Assembly: GCA_946611605.1 (NCBI GenBank)
Contig: CAMODU010000002.1
Location: forward strand, 1 to 52,158
Direction: 5' to 3'
Source of the DNA: an uncultured bacterium
GTDB taxonomy: Bacteria > Bacillota_I > Bacilli_A > RF39 > UBA660
Length of the DNA: 52,158 nucleotides
Of this stretch, positions 1-7,137 are shown piece by piece (positions within the stretch are counted from its first letter, which is position 1; every line of letters begins with the position of its first letter). The notes under the pieces were generated by a model, which ran no database searches, was not told where the DNA came from, and worked only from the letters and a program-made list of their open reading frames with translations. The position numbers were made by a program, and so were the translations under genes.

Positions 1-48
1 GAATTATTATCTAATGATGAATTAGATAAAATTAAAGATTACATATAA
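1..48 (+). CDS. 3' end of an unidentified CDS entering from upstream (partial)
   Basis: Frame 1 is open from the window edge (ELLSNDELDKIKDYI) to TAA at 46-48. A terminator hairpin follows. The fragment is too short to identify. Confidence 0.35.
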   Translation, partial: ELLSNDELDKIKDYI

Positions 49-53
49 AAATG

Positions 54-82
54 TTAAGTATATAAATACTTAATATTTTTTT
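54..82 (+). terminator. Intrinsic terminator
   Basis: TTAAGTAT (54-61) pairs with ATACTTAA (66-73) around a 4-nt loop, followed by a T7 run at 76-82. Confidence 0.7.
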
Positions 83-126
83 ATTATCATTATGTTATAA
101 TTAAATTAGATTAAAGGGTGAGAAAG

Positions 127-1626
127 ATGAATAAAAAGATTACCTATATAATTATATTAATACTAAGTATATTTGTATGTGGAAATGTTCATGCAGATAG
201 CCAATGTAAATATCAAATTGATTTTAGTAAGTTTTGTACTAATGGAGGAAATGTAAGTTTTGGTATTTCATTTGATGCTAATGGCAAAGCTTCATTAAGT
301 AGTTTTGGTAATTTAAATAATACTGATACAGTTTGTAACACAATAGTTAATACACAAGATAGAACAAATAAGAAACATGCAGAAAGTTTTTATAGTAATA
401 ATAAGAAATGTCCTAATGTTTATTTTGAACGTAATGATTATATATATTTGTATGTTTTAGATGATGGAATGATTGTTCCTACAGATGCGCAAACTGCTGA
501 TGCAGTACTAGTTGGATCTGATGGAATGGAAGAAGTTAAAGATGAAATTGTATGTAGTAATATAACAAGTAAGATGCGTAATGAATCATATGATGTTAAC
601 TTTAAATTCTATACATCAGGTGGAACTAGAAAATGGTCTGTTACGTCATCTAACAGTTCAACACCATCAACAGCTAATGCAGATGGTATAGTAACTGTTG
701 GTACACATTCATTTACTATAGATTCAGCATTAGCTGATAGTATTTATAACAATAAAAAATGTCCTTCTACTTATTATTTAAAATGTGTAGGTGGTGGAGT
801 TGAATCAATAGTATTAACAGGAACTGAACCTGATGATGTTGAAAACTGTGCAGCTAGTGTACAAGATTTAGATTATGAAAGAAGAAAAAAAGAAGGGGAA
901 TTAAGCCCTGTTGAAATGGAAGATCCATATAACGGTGCTCATGTAGGTGATAATGTTTGTGGTGAAGAAGAAGTAGTTAAAGCATTAAAGGCTTTAGGTA
1001 TATTTATATTAATAGCAAAATTTGCTATAGCCATAATAATTATTATAATGGGAGTTATGGATTTAGCTAAGACAGTAATGGCTGGAACATCTGATTCATT
1101 AAAGAAAGAAATTACAGCATTAGGTTGGAGAGTGTTAATTGGATTATTTATTATGTTTGTTCCAACATTATTATCTGCCTTCTTAAGTGGATTATCATAT
1201 TATAATGCTATAAGCGAAGAAGTAAATGCATGCCAAAAATGTTTATTTGATCCTCTAGGAGATGGAGAATGTAAATCAGTTGAAAATGCTAACAATAGTG
1301 TTGATGCAAGTGATTTACCAACTGATAGAAATTCATCAGCAGATGGTGATAATATTACTCCTAATACTCCGAGCGTAGATGCAGGTAAAACTGATGCTAA
1401 TACTCCTAGTGTATCGGCAGGAGACACTAAAGCTAAAAATAATAATGTATCAGCAAATCAAGGTAATAATAATAAGAACGTTGATGCTAATAGTGGAAAT
1501 AACAATAAAAATGCTAACGCTAATCCAGGTAATAATGATAAGAATGTTTCTACATCAAATGGAAATAATTCTAATGTAGTAATCATTAATGATCCTGAAT
1601 ATACTAAACAAGCAATAGTTAATTAA
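127..1626 (+). CDS. Secreted/membrane protein of unknown function: signal peptide, duplicated Cys-containing ectodomain, two-helix membrane hairpin, Asn-rich repeat tail
   Basis: ORF track gives 118..1626, but the GTG at 118 lies inside the SD (AAGGGTGAG), so ATG 127 is preferred. The N-terminus MNKKITYIIILILSIFVCGNVHA|DSQ looks like a Sec signal peptide. Two roughly 110-aa segments each end in (F/I)Y(S)NNKKCP..Y. Hydrophobic helices are GIFILIAKFAIAIIIIIMGV and WRVLIGLFIMFVPTLLSAFLSGL. The C-terminus is a low-complexity N/K/A repeat tail. Confidence 0.75.
   Translation: MNKKITYIIILILSIFVCGNVHADSQCKYQIDFSKFCTNGGNVSFGISFDANGKASLSSFGNLNNTDTVCNTIVNTQDRTNKKHAESFYSNNKKCPNVYFERNDYIYLYVLDDGMIVPTDAQTADAVLVGSDGMEEVKDEIVCSNITSKMRNESYDVNFKFYTSGGTRKWSVTSSNSSTPSTANADGIVTVGTHSFTIDSALADSIYNNKKCPSTYYLKCVGGGVESIVLTGTEPDDVENCAASVQDLDYERRKKEGELSPVEMEDPYNGAHVGDNVCGEEEVVKALKALGIFILIAKFAIAIIIIIMGVMDLAKTVMAGTSDSLKKEITALGWRVLIGLFIMFVPTLLSAFLSGLSYYNAISEEVNACQKCLFDPLGDGECKSVENANNSVDASDLPTDRNSSADGDNITPNTPSVDAGKTDANTPSVSAGDTKAKNNNVSANQGNNNKNVDANSGNNNKNANANPGNNDKNVSTSNGNNSNVVIINDPEYTKQAIVN
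1363..1578 (+). repeat. In-frame coding tandem repeats in the tail of the 127..1626 gene
   Basis: Two 36-bp units (1363-1398 and 1399-1434) encode NTPSVDAGKTDA / NTPSVSAGDTKA. Four 33-bp units (1447-1479, 1480-1512, 1513-1545, 1546-1578) encode VSANQGNNNKN / VDANSGNNNKN / ANANPGNNDKN / VSTSNGNNSNV. Confidence 0.85.
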
Positions 1627-1655
1627 GATACATATACAATATGTATCTTTTTTTA
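1625..1655 (+). terminator. Intrinsic terminator
   Basis: AAGATACATAT (1625-1635) pairs with ATATGTATCTT (1639-1649) around a 3-nt loop, followed by a T-run to 1654. Confidence 0.8.
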
Positions 1656-1688
1656 TGTTATAATATTTATATAAGGAGAATTAAATAT

Positions 1689-2783
1689 ATGGAACATTAT
1701 GATTATATTATTGTTGGATCAGGTTTATTTGGTGCAACAGTAGCAAACAGATTAAATAAACAAGGAAAGAAAGTACTAGTTATTGAAAAAAGAGATCATA
1801 TAGCTGGTAATGTATATACAGAAAATATAGAAGGAATAAATGTTCATAAATATGGAGCTCATATATTCCATACTGATTATAAAGATGTATGGGATTATGT
1901 TAATTCGTTTGTAGAATTTAATAGATATACAAATAGTCCTATAGCTAGATATAAGGATGAAATATATAATATGCCATTTAATATGAATACATTCTCAAAG
2001 ATGTGGAGTGATGTAGTTACTCCTGAAGATGCTATAAGACATATTGAAGAAGAAAAGAAAGAAATAACAGGAGAACCTAGAAACTTAGAAGAACAAGCTA
2101 TATCTTTAGTTGGTAGAACAATATATGAAAAGTTAATAAAAGGCTATACTGAAAAGCAATGGAATAGATCATGTACGGAATTACCTTCATTTATTATTAA
2201 AAGATTACCTGTTAGATTAATATATGATAATAATTACTTTAATGATAAGTATCAAGGTATACCAATAGGTGGATATACTTTACTTGTTGAAAAAATGTTA
2301 GAAGGTATAGAAGTAAGATTAAATACTAACTTCTTTGATAATAAGGAAGAATATTTAAATATGTGTGATAAATTAATTTATACTGGTCCGTTAGATGAAT
2401 ACTTTGATTATTCATTAGGTGAGTTAGAGTGGAGATCATTAAGATTTGAAACTGAAATCAAAGATATGCCTAACTATCAAGGAAATGCAGTAGTTAATTA
2501 TACAGATAATACACCTGCATATACTAGAGTAATTGAACATAAACACTTTGAATTTGATTCAACTAGTCCTAAAACAGTAGTTACTTATGAATATCCTGCT
2601 GACTATGAAAAGGGTATGGAAAAGTACTATACCATTAATGATGATAAGAACAATGAATTAGCTGATAAATATAAAGAATTAGCTAGTAAAGAAGATAAAG
2701 TAATATTTGGTGGTAGATTAGCTGAATACAAATATTATGACATGGATGATGTTATTAAAAATGCATTAGATATAGAATTATAA
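1689..2783 (+). CDS. glf: UDP-galactopyranose mutase
   Basis: The ORF track start at 1641 lies inside the upstream terminator/promoter region. ATG 1689 follows AAGGAGA. The product MEHYDYIIVGSGLFGATVANRL... carries an FAD-binding GxGxxG, GAHIFHT, YTEKQWNR, IIKRLPVR, YQGIPIGGYT, VIEHKHF and FGGRLAEYKYYDMDDVI. It is near-colinear with E. coli Glf as I remember it. Confidence 0.93.
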   Translation: MEHYDYIIVGSGLFGATVANRLNKQGKKVLVIEKRDHIAGNVYTENIEGINVHKYGAHIFHTDYKDVWDYVNSFVEFNRYTNSPIARYKDEIYNMPFNMNTFSKMWSDVVTPEDAIRHIEEEKKEITGEPRNLEEQAISLVGRTIYEKLIKGYTEKQWNRSCTELPSFIIKRLPVRLIYDNNYFNDKYQGIPIGGYTLLVEKMLEGIEVRLNTNFFDNKEEYLNMCDKLIYTGPLDEYFDYSLGELEWRSLRFETEIKDMPNYQGNAVVNYTDNTPAYTRVIEHKHFEFDSTSPKTVVTYEYPADYEKGMEKYYTINDDKNNELADKYKELASKEDKVIFGGRLAEYKYYDMDDVIKNALDIEL

Positions 2784-2799
2784 TTCTATGTCTTTTTTT
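2768..2799 (+). terminator. Intrinsic terminator overlapping the glf stop codon
   Basis: AGATATAGAAT (2768-2778) pairs with ATTCTATGTCT (2783-2793) with one G-U pair and a 4-nt loop. A T7 run follows. Confidence 0.75.
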
Positions 2800-2895
2800 G
2801 TGTATATTTACATTTAAATAGTCAAATAATATTTATATATAAAATTATATAATTTATAATTAATATAGGTAAAACTAAGAAAGGAAGAGAGAAAA

Positions 2896-3486
2896 ATGAA
2901 AAAGAAAAGTGGAATGAGATCAGGAATAGTAGTATTAGTATTATTACTAGCAGTAGGTTTCGCTGCAGTTACTACTCAATTAGTAATTAACGGAACTATT
3001 AACATAGGAGCAAACTCAGCTGATTTTCAACAAAACGTAATCTTCAAAAGTGCTACTCATACTGGAGCTACACAATTAGATGGTGAAACAGCTGGTACTG
3101 CAACTATCTCTGCTGATGGTAAATCAATTACTTATAGTACTCAAGTATTAGATAATATTGGCGAAACTGCAACATTAACTTATACTATCCAAAATAATTC
3201 ACAATATGGTGCTTCATTAGGACAATTAAAATGTTCTTGGGGATCAACATACGATGAATCAACTGCAGCTGCTTCATTAACTGACAATGAATATGTTAAT
3301 GTAGTTGCTACAAACGGATTAAATGGTACTACTTTAGCTAAAGGTGCTGTTACTGATACAACTAATATATCTGCAGCAGATACTGTAGTTGTAACTCAAA
3401 AGAAATCTTATGCTGGTGATGCAACTAATACATCACATACTTATACTTTCACTTGCCAAATGACTGCTACTGCAACAGAAGCATAA
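2896..3486 (+). CDS. Small secreted protein (196 aa), the stand-alone copy of a roughly 160-aa N-terminal module; candidate substrate of the adjacent SipW-type peptidase
   Basis: RBS is AAAGGAAGAGAG. The N-terminus MKKKSGMRSGIVVLVLLLAVGFA|AVTTQLVING has a basic n-region, an h-region and small residues at -3/-1 (G-F-A). The mature part is Thr/Ala/Asn-rich and looks beta-rich (ATLTYTIQNNSQYG, HTYTFTCQMT). It aligns along its whole length with residues 1-166 of the 30059 protein and 1-162 of the 38518 protein. Confidence 0.8.
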   Translation: MKKKSGMRSGIVVLVLLLAVGFAAVTTQLVINGTINIGANSADFQQNVIFKSATHTGATQLDGETAGTATISADGKSITYSTQVLDNIGETATLTYTIQNNSQYGASLGQLKCSWGSTYDESTAAASLTDNEYVNVVATNGLNGTTLAKGAVTDTTNISAADTVVVTQKKSYAGDATNTSHTYTFTCQMTATATEA

Positions 3487-3551
3487 TTTGAAAAAGTAGA
3501 GTAATAAAATTCATTTTAAATATAAATATTCATATAGAAAGGTGATAATAT

Positions 3552-4685
3552 ATGAAGAATATTTCTAAGATATTGTTAAATATTATTCTTATTATCACCT
3601 TATCTATTAATATTTTTAATAAGTTATATGATAATAAGATAGTTATAATAGCTTTATTAATATATTTAGGTATAAGCTATGCAATGAATGGATATAGAAG
3701 ACCTAATAAAAGAGATTTACTAACTACAACATTAGTAATATTCTTAGGTACTTTTTTAACTATATCATCATTCTATTTCATGGGTACATTTTCAGAATTT
3801 AGTAGAAATTACTCATTTATTTTTTATAAATATCTTAAACCATCAATATGGATAAGTGTATTTATAATTGTAATATTAACTGAAATTATTAGATATATAA
3901 CTTGTACAGGCCCTAAAGGGAGTAAATTAACTACAAGAATTACATATATAAGTCTATTTATTATATTCTTATTATTAGACTTATGTTTATCTAAGAAAGT
4001 CTTAAATGTAAGTAGTTTTAATAATATGTATGAGTTCTTTGCACTTACTTTATGTGCGAGTCTTACTAAGAATATATTTTTAATGTGGGTAACACGTAAA
4101 AACGGTTATATGCCATGTTTATTGTATAGACTGATAATAGATTTATATGTGTACTTTTTGCCTATTACGCCAAAGGCTAATATGCTTATTCAAGCATGTA
4201 TGTTTATGTTATTACCATTTATATTATATAAGGTAATAGATGGGTTAAAAGTCGAAAGAGAAATGCCTAAAGCATCAGATATAAGAAAGAGAAGCTGGGA
4301 TCGTATAGAAACAGTTATCTTATTAATTATATTTATTATACTTGCAGGTTTAGTATCAAGAGAATTTAAATATTCTATGATAGCTGTTGGATCTGGAAGT
4401 ATGACAGGTACAGTTAATAAAGGTGATGCTATTATATATGAAAGATATAATGGGCAAATATTACATGAAGGCGATATTATTGTATTTAAGATAGATAATA
4501 CATTAATAGTACATAGAATCTACAAGAAATTCTTCCTTGGTGATGAATATGCATACATGACTAAGGGTGATGCAAACCAATCAGTTGATAATTGGATTGT
4601 AGAAAGTAATATGGTTGTTGGTCAAGTTAAAAAAAGAGTTAAATATATAGCATGGCCATCAGTATGGATAAACGAAAATTATTAA
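3552..4685 (+). CDS. Fusion protein: roughly 8-TM N-terminal membrane domain plus a C-terminal ER/archaeal-type (SipW-like) signal peptidase I domain
   Basis: RBS is AAAGGTGAT. Residues 1-230 are almost entirely hydrophobic helices. A basic loop (KVEREMPKASDIRKRSWDR) and an anchor helix (ETVILLIIFIILAGLVS) follow. The catalytic domain has AVGSGSMTGTVNKGDAIIY, GDIIVFK, LIVHRI and MTKGDANQSVD. These match the SGSM(E)P / HR / TKGD(N)N boxes of B. subtilis SipW (Ser-His type). Confidence 0.85.
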   Translation: MKNISKILLNIILIITLSINIFNKLYDNKIVIIALLIYLGISYAMNGYRRPNKRDLLTTTLVIFLGTFLTISSFYFMGTFSEFSRNYSFIFYKYLKPSIWISVFIIVILTEIIRYITCTGPKGSKLTTRITYISLFIIFLLLDLCLSKKVLNVSSFNNMYEFFALTLCASLTKNIFLMWVTRKNGYMPCLLYRLIIDLYVYFLPITPKANMLIQACMFMLLPFILYKVIDGLKVEREMPKASDIRKRSWDRIETVILLIIFIILAGLVSREFKYSMIAVGSGSMTGTVNKGDAIIYERYNGQILHEGDIIVFKIDNTLIVHRIYKKFFLGDEYAYMTKGDANQSVDNWIVESNMVVGQVKKRVKYIAWPSVWINENY

Positions 4686-4707
4686 GATATTAGAAAGGGA
4701 TGTTTAT

Positions 4708-5928
4708 ATGAGGGAACGTAATGTTGAACTTCCTTTACTTAAAGGCAAACCAAAAGAAAAATATATTCCAATGAGTGTTGTAATTGGAGTAATAGTTTTC
4801 TTAGCACTAGTATTAGTTGCTTCTTTTGCATTTACTTTTAAGGGAACATATAAAGTTCATTATTCGGAAAAATCTAACATAGATTATAAAGTATATTTAA
4901 AGGAGAATTCAGATTATCCTGAGAAATACTTAGGTAAAAATAGAAGATATATTGCATCTTTAATTAAGAATATTGATACTGACTTCGATTATACATTTAA
5001 GATTGATGAAAAGATTGATCTTAAATATACATATTATGTTGTAGCTAAATTAGAGGTAAATGATTCTCAAGGTACTAACATATTTGAAAAAGAAGAATTA
5101 TTAACTTCTAAGAAGTCTAACAATACTGATAAAGATACTTTCAAAGTTCATGAAGATGTTCAAATTGACTATGCTAAGTTTAATGCTATGGCTACTGAAT
5201 TTATAGATAAATATAAGTTAACAGCAAATAGTAAATTAACTGTATCATTAATAGTTGATGTTGAAGGAAAACATACAGACTTTGATAAACAATTATCTGA
5301 TAAAGAAGTTATTAGTTTAAACATTCCATTAACAGAAAAGACAATTGATATTGAAATGGATTATAATTTAACTAATTCAGTAGATCAAACATTACAACAA
5401 AGATCTACAATATTAAATAATAAACCATTATTATTCATAACAATATTTATATCATTTATTGATATATTTGCAATTATATATGTTATTTACTGGGTAGTAG
5501 TAAATAGAAGCCCTGAAACATTATATAATAAGAAATTAGATAAGATATTAAAAGATTATAATAGATACATATCTGAAACTATCATAACTGAAAGAGTTGA
5601 AGATATGATGGTTACTAGATCATTAAGAATTGAAGTAATTAAGAAGTTCGAAGATTTATTAGATATAAGAGATTCATTAAATAAACCAATCTTATATCAT
5701 GAAGAAAGACCTAATCAAGAAGCAGTATTCTACATCTTAACTGATAGAATAGGTTACTTATATGTAATGAGAGCTGAAGATTTTGTGAAGAAATCTAAGA
5801 AAGCTAAAAATGAAGAAGTTGTAGAAGAAAAGAAAGTTGTTAAAAAAGAAGAATTAATAGCTGATCCTGTTATTGAGGTTAAAAAGAAAAGATCTAGACA
5901 TCAAAATAAAGATAGATTTAGAAAATAA
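4708..5928 (+). CDS. Two-TM membrane protein of unknown function (extracytoplasmic roughly 190-aa domain between the TMs, cytoplasmic C-domain with a Lys-rich tail); third gene of the peptidase cassette
   Basis: RBS is GAAAGGGA, 22 nt after the peptidase stop. TM1 is IPMSVVIGVIVFLALVLVASFAFTF and TM2 is LLFITIFISFIDIFAIIYVIYWVVV. The C-terminal tail is KKSKKAKNEEVVEEKKVVKKEE...KKKRSRHQNKDRFRK. I recognise no catalytic motif. Confidence 0.75.
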   Translation: MRERNVELPLLKGKPKEKYIPMSVVIGVIVFLALVLVASFAFTFKGTYKVHYSEKSNIDYKVYLKENSDYPEKYLGKNRRYIASLIKNIDTDFDYTFKIDEKIDLKYTYYVVAKLEVNDSQGTNIFEKEELLTSKKSNNTDKDTFKVHEDVQIDYAKFNAMATEFIDKYKLTANSKLTVSLIVDVEGKHTDFDKQLSDKEVISLNIPLTEKTIDIEMDYNLTNSVDQTLQQRSTILNNKPLLFITIFISFIDIFAIIYVIYWVVVNRSPETLYNKKLDKILKDYNRYISETIITERVEDMMVTRSLRIEVIKKFEDLLDIRDSLNKPILYHEERPNQEAVFYILTDRIGYLYVMRAEDFVKKSKKAKNEEVVEEKKVVKKEELIADPVIEVKKKRSRHQNKDRFRK

Positions 5929-5957
5929 AAAATAGTAGTTTAACTACTATTTTTTTA
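5926..5957. terminator. Bidirectional intrinsic terminator between convergent genes
   Basis: AATAGTAG (5931-5938) pairs with CTACTATT (5944-5951). An A-run lies on the left and a T7 run on the right. It overlaps the stop codons of both flanking genes. Confidence 0.75.
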
Positions 5958-6273
5958 TTTCATCAGCATATCTTTTTAATGCTCTAGAATCATTTCCAAA
6001 TATTATTTTTATTTGATTATCTACTTCTACAATACCTTTAGCTCCAAGTTTTTGTATTCCGTCTTTATCTACTAAAGATACATCTTTAAGTGTTACCTTA
6101 AATCTAGACATATTAGCTTCAGCATCTAGTATGTTGTCTTTGCCTCCTAAATACTTAACTAATTTATTAATTTCTAATCCAAAATCTTTTCTTGATAATT
6201 TAACTATTATAAATGAAATTATAATTAATACTAATGCTATAATGCCATATTGCATTATTGTTTGCCATTCCAT
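5947..6273 (-). CDS. Membrane-anchored PTS EIIB(Glc)-like domain protein lacking the phospho-cysteine
   Basis: RBS is AGGAGAT. An N-terminal TM (IMQYGIIALVLIIISFIIV) is followed by LGGKDNILDAEANMSRFKVTLKDVSLVDKDGIQKLGAKGIVEVDNQIKIIFGNDS. This aligns with E. coli IIB(Glc) [50 protein letters not shown]. The active-site Cys position is Asn. Confidence 0.75.
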   Translation of the reverse strand: MEWQTIMQYGIIALVLIIISFIIVKLSRKDFGLEINKLVKYLGGKDNILDAEANMSRFKVTLKDVSLVDKDGIQKLGAKGIVEVDNQIKIIFGNDSRALKRYADEIKK

Positions 6274-6326
6274 ATATTTTTCATCTCCTAGTGTAATATT
6301 ACTATAAATATCTTAAAAATACAATA

Positions 6327-7031
6327 TTATAAAATTCTTTTAAGTTCTTTTATATCTTTGATTTCAACATCTGGTTTGATGTTTGTTGTATTTGTTTCAT
6401 TTAATCTATTATACCAAATAGCACACATATTATTCCTTTTTGCACCTAATATATCTGATGTTAATGAATCACCTATAAAACCAGATGCAATAGGATTTAT
6501 ATTAAAATCTTTTATCATATAATCAAAGAATTCTTGTTTAGGTTTAGAATAACCAGTTATCTCTGATGATACTATTCCTTTAAAATACTTAATTAAATTA
6601 GTATTAGTTAATTTTCTTATTTGCGATTCTTGTGGTCCGTTTGAAGCTATAAATAAATTATAGTATTCATATAAATAATCTAATACATCTTCAACACCAT
6701 CATATACTTTATTTATAACTCCTAGATTATTAATATATACGTTCATTAGATGATATCCACATTCTAGAGTTATTAAGTCTTTTCCAAAGTAATCTTGGTA
6801 TATTTTTGATCTAACATAATCAATTCTATGCATACCATGAGTATCTAATTCTTGTGAAGAATCCTCAAATTGTTTCCAATACTTTGATTCAAATTCTTTG
6901 AATGTTTTGAAATCTTCTTCCTTCATGGTTCTTCCTATTTCATTAAATACTTTAGATATAGCATATCTATTAGTATAATCATAGTCAGTTAGAGTATTAT
7001 CTAAATCAAATACCAGTGACATCTTATCCAT
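6327..7031 (-). CDS. HAD-superfamily hydrolase (subfamily IA-like)
   Basis: ORF track gives 6327..7079. ATG at 7031 follows AGGTGAT+4 nt, so MDKMSLVFDLDNTL is the N-terminus (motif I DxDxT). Motif II is SNG, followed by KPK, and motif IV is IGDSLTSDILGA. Confidence 0.8.
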   Translation of the reverse strand: MDKMSLVFDLDNTLTDYDYTNRYAISKVFNEIGRTMKEEDFKTFKEFESKYWKQFEDSSQELDTHGMHRIDYVRSKIYQDYFGKDLITLECGYHLMNVYINNLGVINKVYDGVEDVLDYLYEYYNLFIASNGPQESQIRKLTNTNLIKYFKGIVSSEITGYSKPKQEFFDYMIKDFNINPIASGFIGDSLTSDILGAKRNNMCAIWYNRLNETNTTNIKPDVEIKDIKELKRIL

Positions 7032-7137
7032 ATTAATCACCTGAGTACATATTATAAATAATAAATAATTTAAATGCAATATTGAATAAAAGACATATTT
7101 AATATATAATTATATATGATAGAAAGGGTGTATTGAT

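Noticed and set aside
1200-1579. Minus-strand ORF 1200-1427 and alternative-frame ORF 1379-1579
   Set aside because: Both are nested in the repeat tail of the 127-1626 gene. Neither has an SD, and the open frames are explained by the repetitive AAT/GCT-rich sequence.
2896-2990. Type IV pilin or archaeal class III signal peptide interpretation of the shared N-termini (cleavage after RSG or RAG before the hydrophobic stretch)
   Set aside because: The third family member has TKIY at the equivalent position, with no Gly or Ala. There is no G-F-T-L-I-E-type motif and no Glu5. No prepilin peptidase or pilus ATPase is nearby, whereas a SipW-type peptidase is adjacent. Conservation peaks at GFA|xVTT at the C-terminal end of the h-region, which fits type I cleavage.
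3552-4313. A CPBP/CAAX-protease or exosortase/archaeosortase identity for the polytopic domain of the peptidase fusion (TEIIRY resembles EExxxR; ITCTGPK resembles the CSG motif)
   Set aside because: There is only one Glu in the first motif. The whole domain has no His at all, although both families need conserved His residues. The resemblance rests on 3-4 residues only.
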